This document shows positions 1 through 12,491 of a stretch of 64,000 nt of DNA, one piece after another. The DNA is from Perkinsus chesapeaki ATCC PRA-425 (taxonomy: Eukaryota; Protista; Perkinsozoa), in assembly GCA_013115145.1 (NCBI GenBank), contig JAAPAO010000062.1, positions 1 to 64,000 of the forward strand, read 5' to 3'. The position numbers and the translations under genes are program-made. How positions within the stretch are numbered: the stretch's first letter is position 1; every line of letters starts with the position of its first letter. A model generated the notes under the pieces. That model saw only the letters and a list, made by a program, of their open reading frames with translations. It was not told the origin of the DNA and made no database searches.

Positions 1-253
1 GTGTGCGTGCGGTACTCCCTTAATCTCTGGAGATTTCACAGCCGCTACATTCGCAAGCTCAATCCGCTTATCACAAGTCCCCCGAGTGCATGAAGTTCGG
101 GAAAATATCCCTCTGTGGAATCCCATGTTCTTCTAAAACAGTATCTTCCTCAACTACATAGAATTCAGGACTGTCTTTCAGGACTGTCCACAGGAAGCGT
201 ACTGCCAGAGCTTCGAGGGATCAGATCTCAGTATGTGTATGTACAAGCAGTGA
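1..253 (+). CDS. Small cysteine-rich protein, 3' part only (paralog of 1602-2173)
   Basis: Exon ...HKSPECMKFGKISLCGIPCSSKT, GT-AG intron ending ctttcag, then DCPQEAYCQSFEGSDLSMCMYKQ* (TGA 251-253). It aligns Cys-for-Cys with the gene at 1602-2173. The 5' end lies outside the window. Confidence 0.7.
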
Positions 254-1601
254 TGGATCGCCGTGAGTTCCAGTCAGCTTACATTATATTCGTGAGCAGG
301 AACCCAGCTGCTGGATCCCACCAGCCTTCTAGCAAGAAGTTCTTGCCAAGAACTAGCTTCGAGCTAGTAACTTATGCGACTCGCTTGGGCTCAGCTCTAG
401 AAAGTACCTCTTGCGTTGTCTCAAGTGTCAATCTCTTACACAGCGTGAATCTAGATGATCTACAGTACCGCTTTGGCTTTTGGAGTTTTCTCTGGACAGC
501 TGCACAGCCTCTGTTGCCTGGCTCGTTGGAAGATCGGGGTATGTGAGTTTATGAATGAACGAAAGAGGGGTTTCTGAAGCTTTAATGACTTCAAGGACGC
601 CCTTCTTGACTCATAGATACGGCGACACACAAATTCAGGATAAGTTATGATATGAAGTGTCCGGTAACCTCCTTGTTTAGAGAATAAAAACATAGCTCGG
701 GTCCCAAGTCTTGGGAGCTTCACTTTTGCCTGAAAATCATCGCCGATGATTCATCGGGCTATCTGCTCCAATTTCAGTAACTTCAGCACTACACCTCTTG
801 TCCACGCCCTGCTTGAGCCTCTATCTCTTTGAACACCATTCTTTCCTGTAACATTTCCGATCAGTTCGCTTTCTTCGTTTTTCGAGTTTCCGCACTAAGA
901 TGCGGTGATACTCAATCTGTAGACGTCCGGAATGTGAACAGTCTAACGACAAAGCTTTAACTAAGCTTCTACTTGCATCCTTGAAGATAAGCCGATATCT
1001 GGATATGTACCTACATCATGCAAACGGAAGGTGATTCCTGGCTTACTTAATTTCCGGCGACTCGATGTGAATGCGTGGCACATCGCGGGCTGTACGGAAT
1101 GACCTGCTGGTGTAACCTTTGCTCAACTCCGGAATACTCCAATAAGGCCAGGGTCACAGACCACAGCAACCGTCCTACATGGTCGAGAAGAGAGTCTCAA
1201 TGCACCACTCCTTGCTTGTTTTTGATGATTCGATGTTTGAAAATGCGCACGTACTAAGTCACGCGACACATCGCTGATGTGTGACATATCAGCTTTGTTA
1301 CGCAGGATCTAGCGAGGGTCGAAAGCCAAAATCCTCCCGGCGGGTGTTCGCTCTCACTCGTAATGGCGAACACAACCTGTGAGCTCCCGTCCTTCTGCCT
1401 TATCTTCGAGCCTAAAGCCATTATTCGGCACGAAGGCCTAAGAGAGCATTGCGGTGGTTACCTCCAGAGATTATGTGCTCGCCCAAACAACTCATTCTAG
1501 CCGTAACTTTCAGCTGGACAGTTTCAGGACTACACTTGCAAAGTCGTTCAGGAGGAAACATGTAGGCTCACAAATAACGGACCTTTGGCTCTCTGGATAA
1601 C

Positions 1602-2173
1602 ATGAGGGCCTTCGAAAGGAGACTTTTCAGTTACCTCTTCGATAGGAAACCTCTGGTTAGTAGAGGTACGGCCCGGGGTCGCATGGCTCAATCGACTTGA
1701 CGCTGTATGTTCTCATACTCAGGCGAATGCTACGAAGATCCGATTGGTAAATGCGTGCCAAGCGGGGTGTATGTCACCGGTTGCTGGTGCAAGCCTGGTA
1801 GTGCCCCGCTGCCGTATTATGTAAGGCAGCATTGTTCTCACTGTCCTCTATCCTAGAAGATGAGATGAACCCTGGCCTTCTTTAGAATGGCACCGAACTT
1901 ATTGCAGTGGTGTGCTCGATGGGCTGCTATGGCAATAAGGCCTGTCCTCCCTATCCTCACAATCCTCCCGAATGCATGTCGTTCGGAGAATTGTCAGTTT
2001 GCGGCATTCCCTGCTCTTCTGAAGCGGTAAGCGAGTCACATTTGGAACTGGCAGAGCTCAGCTCGTCTACAGTCTAGATTGCGCGTACTGTACCCTTTCA
2101 GGACTGTCCGGACGAAGGTTACTGCGCAGACTTCGGCGAATATGGTACGCGTATGTGTATGTATAAGGTGTGA
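1602..2173 (+). CDS. Small cysteine-rich protein (4 exons; start uncertain)
   Basis: Spliced reading ...GECYEDPIGKCVPSGVYVTGCWCKPGSAPLPYY / NGTELIAVVCSMGCYGNKACPPYPHNPPECMSFGELSVCGIPCSSEA / DCPDEGYCADFGEYGTRMCMYKV*. Introns are GT-AG, and the last intron position matches the upstream paralog. Confidence 0.65.
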
Positions 2174-3048
2174 AGTAGCGCAACAGTAGCTGGGCCAATC
2201 AATTTAAGAAGACGAAGATCTGTACGCAGTTTATATGTATTTGCTTACCAAGTATGATGAATACTCGGTAGTTGTTATGTTTTACGGTTCAAGATATTCG
2301 TTCTATGTCTTTTAAAGTATCATATGAGAAATGTTAACTCTATCCCACTTCAGAATGTGTGTCTTTCTTGATCTCTCCTGTCTCATGCGAGTCTTGTTGC
2401 TGGTAAGTCTGCAAATAACACGCCTGCTCAAGAGCTGGTGAGCACGGTGAACGACAGCTTACAACAAGGTTGTTGTCGGTGAGGGCATGTCCTTTGAGAA
2501 TATAGAACTATACAAACATGGTTAGTGGTTCCGCGACCACTGTTTCCACTCGATAAGCCCTCAAGCTGGAGGCTACAGTCTCAGTTCGTCTAGACCGGTG
2601 TAGCCTAGCAGAACTTTCGGCTCTGAGGCGCAGAGCATGGAGATCTGGCACTAGTAGTGCCGCACTACTGTATACGCTGTATTCTATACCACAACCAAGC
2701 AATACGGAATTACGAAACTAAAACAGTCCTATGTGCTGCTGGGAACGGTATCCCAGACCCGCGAAATAAATCTGCAGCCCCACTGTTCTATAACGCTCGT
2801 TCATTTTGGAATACAAACCTTCACCTGAGTTTCAGAATCTAAAGATTTTAGATATCCCCTCCCACCGAGGGAGAATCAGTAGTAAGGTTTCCCAGCTGTT
2901 GCTAATTAACTAAGCAAGCCTCTTTCACTGGCCCTGGATGTGAACTAAAAAGGACTAAAAAGGCTCCCATCGAGCAGACAAATTGACTGGTAGTTACGTA
3001 GCTAAACTGTCCATAAGGGGCCTTGTTTTTATAAATAATTTAGTGCAG

Positions 3049-3993
3049 TTACCGAATGACCCTCCTCACTGCGCTCAGGGCATTCAAGCGTCCAAAGAGC
3101 ATGGGAAGTTTATTTTTTACGACTCCAGGAGTACTGGTTTGCTTGATGATGGACTTGATTTCTTGCACAGTTAAATGCTTGGGTGATACACTTTTCATAA
3201 GAGCCACCACACCAGCTACGATGGCAGCCGCGCCAGATGTGCCCGAGGCGCTACCGTACTCGTCGTAAATCATTGTAGTGTAAACATCTCCCGGAGCTGC
3301 GACGTCAACAAAGAAAGCATAACTGCTCAAAGGGTGTAGATTCATCGAGTCTTCACTAGTGGCAGCGACACAAATGACCCCCGGCATTGTTTTAGCATAC
3401 ATGCAAGGATACAGTTCCTTCCCGGGCTTGGTGATGTCCCAGCCGTCATTACCCGAAGGACAGACTAAGGGGATGTCCGCCTTGGATGCTCTTTCAATCG
3501 CAGCGATGACATCGTCGGTGAATGGGACGGCTTCTCGACCTGCCGCGAGGAGAATCACATCAGCTTTAGCGTACACCGCATGGTCGATAGAAGCAGCGAT
3601 GTCTTCATCGAGCTCCTCAGGACCGTCATAGATTGGCATCAACTTGACATAATCAGTAATTCCTGCCACACCTACTCGATTATTTATAACTGCCCCTGCA
3701 ACACCGGCTACTGCTGTTCCATGACCAAGTCTGTCATGAGTGTCGTTGTTTTTGTCAATAACGTTGTAACCACGGACAGCATTAGCCCTCAGATCCAGGT
3801 GGGAAGATTGCATTCCAGAATCTATGATGGCGATAGTCTTATACTTTCTTGGCATACCCTCAACATACTTCCACGCGTCCGGTACTCTAATCGCCTCAAA
3901 GTACCTCTTCTGTTTCGAAGGATAATACTCGTCGTTGGGAAAGGCCGCGTGCAAGTAACCGATAGCCGATAACAGGATGAGAGTTGAGGACAT
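3049..3993 (-). CDS. Secreted subtilisin-like serine protease (S8), intronless
   Basis: Signal peptide; catalytic motifs IIDSG, HGTAVAG and GTSGAAA; oxyanion SGND. Confidence 0.93.
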   Translation of the reverse strand: MSSTLILLSAIGYLHAAFPNDEYYPSKQKRYFEAIRVPDAWKYVEGMPRKYKTIAIIDSGMQSSHLDLRANAVRGYNVIDKNNDTHDRLGHGTAVAGVAGAVINNRVGVAGITDYVKLMPIYDGPEELDEDIAASIDHAVYAKADVILLAAGREAVPFTDDVIAAIERASKADIPLVCPSGNDGWDITKPGKELYPCMYAKTMPGVICVAATSEDSMNLHPLSSYAFFVDVAAPGDVYTTMIYDEYGSASGTSGAAAIVAGVVALMKSVSPKHLTVQEIKSIIKQTSTPGVVKNKLPMLFGRLNALSAVRRVIR

Positions 3994-4795
3994 GAAGTCT
4001 TTGCGGGTGAGACAAGAAAGCGCTATGATGAGAAACGCAGTGAGCTGGACGAAGCTTTGCTCATCGAAGTTTCATGGTTGTCATTTGGTGAACTGAGGGA
4101 CGCCGGCTGAGTGACTCAGCACAAGTAAGCGCACAACGTAGGGATGCCTTCTATACTAAGTATAACAAGACAGTAATCAATGAGGAGCCGGAACACGAGG
4201 CAGCGGTCCTTTCTCATTGTGAGTAGTTTTTGAGAGCATGCAGATGTGAGTGGTTAGGATTGAAGCACTGCCACTGTAACTCTACCTGCTAGAGTCACAT
4301 TTGTGCTACTGCTCCCCGATTTTCAGGCCCGCTCCACTGTATCTCACTAGCTCCTAGTTTCAGTAGAGCTACAAACTGAAAACTGAGTACGTAAAACTGT
4401 TCTACGTACCCAATTGGAAAGGTCCTTATTAACGACCCAGGTTCGAACTTCGAACTTCGAATCCCGGCCCCGAGTGACCGAAGTTGGCTGGCCGAAGTGA
4501 GAGGGACGAAGCGGTAGTGGATGAAACTTTCATCATGCAAGAGCAATGGGTGAAAAAAGAATTGATCAACTGGCCACTAGACGTAATTATACTGGTTCAG
4601 ATGGTTTACCCCGAGCAACGTACCTAGTTTTCAGTTCGTCTCGGCGTGCTGAGGATACAATCTACCGAGTACATCAAGAAGCTTTTCTTTGTGCCGACCC
4701 TCTACGGTTCCGTGTCACCCTACGAGGCGCACTCGTCACTCCTCCAGCTTAATGAAATCGCGTGCGTTATTACTGCAAGTCTGCTTCGGCATTGC

Positions 4796-4996
4796 CGACT
4801 GTACTCGAACAGGATCACTTATGTAGTGATTTCCTTTCGTTCACAAAAGTACTCTTGACAAAACCCTAAACCGTGATGAGGAGTTGTATACCTTTCCACC
4901 CTAATGGAGGTTTAGTCAATACAATAATGTATTCGACTTCGATGAACCATTTACTCTTTTAAGAGTTATTGGCTGTGGGTATTGCTGAGAGGTTTA
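4796..4996 (+). ncRNA. U3: U3 snoRNA, copy 1
   Basis: 5' GACTGTACTC (box A'-like) and CAGGATCA (box A, complementary to UGAUCCUG at the 18S 5' end). Box C' TGATGA and box D CTGA are flanked by a TAAACC/GGTTTA terminal stem, with an internal CGATGA box C-like motif. About 200 nt, with near-identical copies at 19872 and 25995. Confidence 0.85.
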
Positions 4997-5365
4997 CCTT
5001 TGCAACTAGTTTAGACTGCTAAGACAAGTTGGTGTTCTGAAGGTAACAGTCTTATCGACATGTAGGGTCGTTTGAGCCTCTGCTTATATCAGCCAAGTTC
5101 CGTCGTGGAAGAATGCGTTTCTGATGCGCGTTTACAATGCGCACCGAAACTTTGCAACATCCTAAAAAATCCATTTGCTAAAGTTTTGTTGCGCAGTGGA
5201 TATAGTTCACTGGGAGCATCGATACTGTGAATCTTCTAGTTATTCTATACTCGTTTCATTATTTCGTCACCGTGTCCAGATGGATTCGTGTTCGAAGCCC
5301 CTTCAACATGGATGTTAACAAAACACGTCTGAATAGTATAAAGACCAGCGGGACATGATAGCATG

Positions 5366-7340
5366 CTATTGGGTGATCACACTGGCATCCTTCCAATCCA
5401 ATAATCTATAGATGTCCCCGTTACTCTGGAATATATCAGCAACGTGAGGTACTTTATCATACCTGAGAGTAATGCAGCAGCATTCAACAGTGAACTGCAA
5501 CTTTACCCTCTAGCAAGTCCAACAAGAACGGCAGCATTGCCTTGTCGTCCGTGGTCACCTGCTTTGCTGGCAAGATTATAATACTTCTCTAGTAATGATG
5601 TTGCTCTTCTCTAACACGGGGGATAGTATCAACAAAGTGTTCTGACACGATTACATCCTCTTCATTGAAGAGCAGCACCGACAGATCTAGACAGGCATCA
5701 GCGGCCAAGGTGATCTCGCCTGCCTTCTCCGCGACAACTTCGAGGTGCTCTAACTCGACAATAGCGGCATCTCTGAAGGTAATGCTTCAACCGGAGAGAT
5801 GTAGCCTTATTCACACACCTGTCTCCGAGTTTCTGGTATATCTTACCAAGCTCCGCTCGAGCTGCTGCCTCATTTTTGAGATGCCCTAAATGTTGAGAAA
5901 TATCTAGATATCGTCGTTGAAGTGGTAGAGCCTCTTCGAACATGCCGGCTTCCACCCTACATAACAGTTGGCTAGCAAAGCCCCTTGTTCTTTATACTAC
6001 ATAGAAACCCCCAGTTTATAACTGGCCGCTCCTTCAACCGCTTCATCGCAGCTTAATTTACCACATTCGAGAGCTCGCTGATAACATCCCATCGGAGACC
6101 ATTCTCTTCCCGCGACGACCAACTCCTCTGAATGACCCATAAAGGCCAGTGCGTGCCTTTCAACGCCCCACCTGACGACTGCTCGATCTCCTCTGACGGA
6201 TTGCCAAGAAAGAAATCATCATCACCAGCCAAACGCCTAGAAAGAGGGCTGTGGCAGATGAGGAAAGAGAATTGAATACTCACAGGTACAACGTGGCGAG
6301 ATCTGCTGCTATTTTGTAGCTTATAGGGGCAACACTTGCAGCATCCTGCTGGGGCCCACTAGCCAAGTCGAGAGCATGCTCCAAAACGACGATTGCTCCC
6401 ATTAAGTCTTGTAGCTCAGCCTTTATAGATCCTATTCGAAGCTTGCCTTTACGGGCAGAAGGGCCAGACAGGATACTACCTAGCTTATAAAAGGCTTCCG
6501 AAGCAACTGATGCATCACACTCCGAGTCGACCAAGTTCGCCGAACGATTGCAAAAATACAATGCTGCTGGGAGATCGCCTTCCTCGTGAAGATAACTGCA
6601 ACGCAGATGTGAACTGGCGGTGGGTGACGAGCGTTACTCGGCAAGGCTGGAGTACTGTCTTAGGGCCTCTAGACGTTGACCGCCCAAAAGATGCTCTTCA
6701 GCTTTGGATAAGCCGGAGCTTAGATAGGAGAGATTAACAGAGGTAGAAGAGCTCACACTGACAAGGTGAAATGTTGCCAATCCGTAGACAAAATACCTCA
6801 TTTTCGAGTTCTCATCTCTTTGCGTGAAATAGGTGAAGTCGATGAACGATCTATGAAAGGATAGGGCTATGCAGTAAAAGAAGGGCTACTGCGGGTATCC
6901 TCCAAGGAGCAGCTCCAGAGAGATATCTTCGCTCGATGCGTGACCTTTGCTCGTTAACTCGACACTGGTATTGGAAGAGTTCTCGGCCTGAATATCCAAG
7001 GTCAACTGAGTAAGATACAATCAAGCTCAACATAATGCCAGCTTTGGAGGACGTCCTCACCACATCCATCTGATGACCAGCCAGTTTTCCATTATCAGAT
7101 TTCTCCTCGATTCGTTCGCCTTCTTCCGTCATAAGAATGAACCACTCAGCTGTACGAGTATGCAACGAAGTTGCGCAGTTTGTTGCGCGCGGCAAAATGA
7201 TCTATAGATTATTAGCCGTAACACAAAGCTATCCGAATGAAGCTGTCTCCATGGGATCTCAATCACCTGCTTGGCCACGTCGATGGTCGAATACTCGGCT
7301 TAGGACTTCTCCGGGGCTACTTGGTAGGGGCACGAGGCTC
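5366..7340 (-). CDS. Multi-exon TPR protein, TTC29-like (start approximate)
   Basis: TPR-like helices EAFYKLGSIL, ALPLQRRYLDISQHLGHLKNEAAARAELGKIYQKLG. The last exon SNGDIYRLLDWKDASVITQ* resembles the TTC29 C-terminal LLxWK motif. Confidence 0.55.
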
Positions 7341-7836
7341 CTTGTATGACTTGCATTGTGTTCGAGTTCCTTGTTAATTCAGTAACTTCCCCTAGTCAGT
7401 CTTTCAGGTTCGTTTAATAGTATATTTACCCCTTTATTCTACTACTGCTTTATTATGCTGTCTCTCGCCTTGAGCAGTTTTCAAATCATTATTTATTCTG
7501 CACAATTCGGTGTAGAGGATTATTTGCCTTTATTTTCTCATAGACTTCGAATTTAGAATCCCTTTCGAGCTGCCTATATAAAGCCAACACACAGCTGTCC
7601 TTTGGATAGTCTTAAGGCTATAACGTTCCAATCCTGTTAACGTTCATCTCGCGAAGGCTCTGCCAAAAGAAATCAGTAGTGCGGCAAAATCGATTAGTTG
7701 GGCGCGCGCGTCATGATTTGTGCAGTTTTTCCTGCATTTTATGCGAATGTTGAAGATCTCTTCGCAGAGGTTAAATTGAATTGAAGTGGAGCAACAGTTG
7801 CTCGGCCATTCACCAGGCGAGTCTTTTATCAAAAGT

Positions 7837-10800
7837 ATGAGTAGTGCTACACCGGGACAGCAACAACAACATCTAGGATCGGACGGAAGTGATTCTCATC
7901 TTTCTGCTGGGGAGGGAGGAGCTCCTAGCTCCAGAAGTGATGCACAGGACCGACTTGCGAGTTCTGGTAATTCTGGTTTGGATTCATTTTGGGGCGTAAT
8001 GATGCTTGCGTAGTCGACTCAGTTTTATGTGAGAAACTGTTTTGAGCGCCTTTAAAAAGTAGAAGTTTGCCGCGTCACGCTTTAGGATGCGCTGATGGCC
8101 ACACGAGGAAACGGTTCCTCCTGGGGCTCTATGCGAAATAAACAACTTTTATATGGTTCAAATGGGAACTTCTGGGCTTACTAATCGCTGGAGTGAATCT
8201 GGTAACGATTTTCTAGGTGGGGGTTCAGGAGGCGCCCAACCGTCCGGAGGGCCAAGACGCCGAGCGGAGCTTCCGGAGACGATAAGGACCTTTCTCGACC
8301 GACCGGATGAGGTTGCTAGAGATGATGTTAGGTAGTCTGGTGGGGTTATGGATGAGATTTGGGAGAATTTTGGTACTATTTAGGACGATAATAAATAATT
8401 TCGAGAAGACCCAATTGGTAGAGCTACTGGCGCATGCTTCCACGATAAGCAGGGAAGTTCGAGATGCCCTAAGGGCAGTTGTTGGAAGCAATGCGACCTT
8501 CAGGAGGCTGCTTGTGAGAAATATAAGGTTATATCGGGCAGATATTAGCTGGAGTGGTAGCAAGGGTGTTCTTTGTCAGTTTTCAAAGCTCCAGCGATAC
8601 CGTTAAAAACGCTCTAGGAAAATTTGGGATGATCGAGGAGGTGAGAATCTCAATCGACTCTTTAGCACGGAACTCCTTATGGTGGTTTAGGGAACTGTCG
8701 TATACGATCGGCACACAGGGCGAAGTAAGGGCTTTGCATTTGTTACATTTGAAAGAGTTGAAAGTGCATGTGAAGCAGTGAGCTGCTCCAACCAAGGAAA
8801 AGTAGTAGGAAGAGGATCGGTCAGAGGGTGTATAAGTTTCTAGATTTATCTTGATGGCCGACAATTGATTCTCAAGTTCGCGGCGGACAAGATTGATCAT
8901 GATCAGCAAATGGGAGTTGTGCAAGGTAAGTTTTTCATTGTTAGCGGAGCGAAGCATTTTTGCGTTTTAGCACTTCCGAGCGCTGGTGAGAGAGAAAGAT
9001 CCGTTGATGTAATAGGCGGGATAGGGAAGGGTGGCTATGAAGGATGGCTGTTAGGTGTCCGCAGCCTCTTCTGGCGGTGGCGGCGGTGGAACAGCAGGTG
9101 CTGCTGCTGCGGGAGGAGGAGGTCTATCCGCCTCTGAAGGAGGCGGTGGGAATAAGGGAACCTACTCTAATCAGAGTATGCGTAAATTGTTCGTTTATAA
9201 TCTAGCACCGTACACTACGTCAGAGACATTAAGAGTAATAAGTTGGTGGTGATGATGGTTATTATTATTGTCTGTACTATAGGAAGTATTTGGTAAATAT
9301 GGTCCGATGGATGAGTGCATAGTTGTGTACGATTCTGCCGGTAAAAGCAAACGTTATGCGTTTGTCACGTACAGTAATGTAGAAGATGCTTGGGCTTGCT
9401 TGGAAGTAGTAGTAGTCGTATTATATATTAATAAGGTATCGGACTTTATATGTAGGAACCTCATAAGACAGTTGATGGTCGAATGACATTCACTCATTTG
9501 GCGTCGGAGGGGAGCAGTAATAGCGCTGCATCTGGAGGAGCAGGAGGAGGAGGTGGTGAGGGTTTATTTAAATGTATGGTGTGGGATTCGAACCGGAGTG
9601 GTTTTAGGTGGAGAGTATGGTAGTCGTAGATCTCGCAGCAATTTTGCGGGGACGTCGAGGCCGCCTAGAGGGCATTCGCCGCCGGGTAGGAGCAGTGGTA
9701 TGCCGCGGAGTGGATCTATGGGAGGTGGCGACAGAACGCCTGTAGGGAAAGGCTTCAGGAAAGGGTAAGTAAAGATGGGCTAATGGTATGATTCACGGCT
9801 CTCATCCCAGAGGCGGTGGTTCGATCCTTGGTATATTCTTTTGTCAGATATCCAGGTGGCCCGCCACCGCAGGTTGCATCGCACGCAGGCTCGATGCGAG
9901 CACCTCAACAACAACAGCAACATGAAGCTTCCATGATGGTAAGTTGCGGACCGTCTATGGAGGTGGTATCTGTAATTCAGGATTTACCCATTCAGCGAGG
10001 AGAAAGGTCACCAATGTCACCACAACGACATCATCATCTTCATCAAATGGATAAGCAACAACAACAACAGCAGCAAGTGAGTGTTTATTATTGTTAGACT
10101 GCTGGGGCGGCGGCGGCGCAAAATATATAAATTCGAAAAGTCCTTTTTCACGCGGCAGCTCGTCATCGTCAGACCACCGCCATAACGACCCCACTAGGAG
10201 GAAGCGGAGTCGGTAGTGGAAACCCACTTCAACAACAACAACCGCCGGCATGGTCACCTGGCCCTGTCGGCAGTAGTAGCAGCAGCGGTCGTGGTCATCA
10301 TCAAGGAGCTATTCCACCCTATCCTTCTGAATATTACTATTCTGGTGGCTCTCCGGGGCCATGGGGTCCAATATTTTGAACACAGCAGCAGCAGCGGCAA
10401 CGTTGTTGTTAATGATCGTGTCATTTCTGTTTATTACGATTTGCTTACGTAAACTATCGTTTGCCCAACATCCCGCATATGATGATAGTACCATCAACAT
10501 CACACACTTCGTCAGTAGCACCACCTCTACCCTTTCGGTTGTAGATAAGTGTGCTGACTACCCTGCTGCTTGGTAATTGTTATCGTTGTTGGTGATGATG
10601 ATGTCTCATTGCTATAATTACATTACCATTATTATCCCTCTTCCTTCTCCTCCTCCTCGTCGTCTCTCCCAATCACCACCGTATAGTAAGAGTGGTGTCG
10701 ACTAGTTGTGGTGGATATAGCTTGCTGTCTGATTGTTATTATTATTATTATGGAGATGGTGGTTGTGGCGTAGGCGGCGGCCAACATCAACATCATCATC

Positions 10801-11805
10801 ATCCACTGCGGATGCTCGCATTCTCGTTTGTTGTTGTTGTTATCATCATTATCACCGCTGCCGTCGTCGTCGTTGTTGCTGTAATTGTCTTCTCATCCTT
10901 CACGATAATACTTATTGTTTATCTCGGAAGGCGATCACCGAAGGCAACGGTGGTGTTGATGATGATTGTCATCATCATCATCATCATCATCATCATAATC
11001 GTTATTGTATTTGCTTTTCATACCGTACAATAGTAGAAACCTGACGATACTTATGATGCTTATGATGTTGATGATGGTTATATTATGTGGTCTATTACGA
11101 TGATAACGTTAATGTTAAATCTTTTGCAAGATTATGAGTAGTTGTCAGGCGAAGAAAGAGCAACAGTTAATCTCAGTTGTTTGGTTATCTAGTGGGGTGG
11201 GGATCAGACACAAAATGGCACACGCGTATAAAAATAATACCGTCACCTGGGTTCGAACCCACGACCACCATCATCATCTGTTCTTGTGACCTCAGGAAGG
11301 TGGTGGCCCACGCGGCGGCGGCGGCTGTCCTGCTCCTGTATCGACTAATAGTATCAACCAATGGAGCCTCTCATCTGGCGTCGACACCCCTTCCACTAAT
11401 TTCTCCCCAACCCCCCCAAACCAAGATGGGAGCGCTGGTGGGATGATGATGAGTTCACCGTGGGGATTCACTAGGCCGGAATACACCACACGAGGGCAGC
11501 AGCCGGAAGGTGAGCAATAGCTGTATTCTGTTTGTAAAACGCTCATCCACTTCAGCTATAGGAAGCGGCATGTCGATGATTTCGGTTACATCTCCTCATG
11601 GAAGATACCAAGAAGGTTCACGATCGGTTATGGTAGGCCTTGTAGCTGAGCGCAGACATTCACCTGCTCTCAGAGCCCTTTCCCACCTGTGATGTCTCCT
11701 GGTCCGGTGGGCACACTGCCATCAGCCGCACCCCCTCAACAGCAGCAGCAGGGTAGATATTTCAGCGATGCTCCGAATGCCTGGGGTCCGAGGCCCAATT
11801 TCTGA
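7837..11805 (+). CDS. Multi-exon RRM RNA-binding protein, UBP1-associated protein 2 (UBA2)-like, with Gly/Gln-rich low-complexity regions
   Basis: Exons RKLFVYNLAPYTTSETLR / EVFGKYGPMDECIVVYDSAGKSKRYAFVTYSNVEDAWACLE / EPHKTVDGRMTFTHLASEG give RNP2/RNP1, with an upstream FRRLLVRNI RRM start. Plausible last exon SPFPPVMSPG...GPRPNF*. The middle exon structure is uncertain. Confidence 0.7.
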
Positions 11806-12260
11806 GAGTTTGTCGATGTCGTATATTACTTTTGAGACGATCAATGAAAGATTGGTTTTCATAATTGAGAGAGTTGTTGCTATCCGATAATGAAGCATAT
11901 GTTCTATTGTTTCCGCTCTTGTCATTGTCCTCGTCGTACACCATCTTCAGTTAATGTTGGCCGCCGCCGCTACCGCTGCCCTTGAAACATTATTACTTTA
12001 TCCTGTTGCTTGGTATATAGTATGACAGTGTTTATGAGAAGAACATCTAGCAACAGTATGATAATACTAATTGCTCACTACAGACGTAGGTATTGGAGCG
12101 CAAGCTCGCAAGTTCATCCTCTTTTTACGGTTGTTATATAATTAATACAACATTGCTGCTGCTGCTGCTCTAATCGCCTATATACGGCTGTGGGGGTGAG
12201 CTGCTGCCGTTGAAGTATACACTAGTGGATCATTACTGTTGCTAATGCATAGCTGCTGCT
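9900..12260. repeat. Dense trinucleotide microsatellite and low-complexity tract (CAT, CAA, CAG, GTT, GCT runs)
   Basis: For example (CAT)~9 at about 10970-10996 and many short CAA/GCA/GTT runs, in introns and the 3' flank of the RRM gene. Confidence 0.8.
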
Positions 12261-12491
12261 GCTGCTTCTACCTTGTTATTATTGATCTCATTATCGTCAA
12301 TACTTATAAACGAAAATAGCTCACTGTGATCCTCTACGGGGAAGTGAGCTGGTAGAAGTTGTAGCAGGCGTATGGAGTTACCCCGCTTTGTATTGACATT
12401 GCTCAGATTTCCCCCGAGTGGGACGATCTGTTGAGGCAGATCAGAATCAGTATTGATACCCAGATTATGCCTTCGGGCACCAAAGAAATGC

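Noticed and set aside
115-1300. Possible retrotransposon remnant (ORFs 115-546 and 460-723)
   Set aside because: No RT, RNase H or integrase motifs were found; the 5' part is explained by the Cys-rich gene exons in another frame.
4438-4475. B-box/tRNA-like GTTCGAAC TTCGAAC TTCGAATCCCGG
   Set aside because: A 7-bp tandem triplication with no cloverleaf; at most a relic.
4860-4872. AAACCCTAAACC inside the U3-like RNA resembles a telomerase template for TTTAGGG repeats
   Set aside because: It overlaps the terminal stem needed to join boxes C' and D, and the RNA has clear U3 box A'/A complementarity to 18S in three copies. Coincidence is more likely; a cmsearch hit to U3 would settle it.
10216-11044. 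Poly-Val/Ile/His ORFs (e.g. 10692-11033, 10733-11044)
   Set aside because: They are translations of trinucleotide microsatellites in intronic low-complexity DNA.
11240-11272. tRNA T-arm-like GTGGGTTCGAACCCAGGTGACGG followed by a T-run on the minus strand
   Set aside because: The T-stem is mispaired and no D arm, anticodon arm or matching 5' acceptor strand could be built. It is just a 14-bp palindrome (TGGGTTCGAACCCA).
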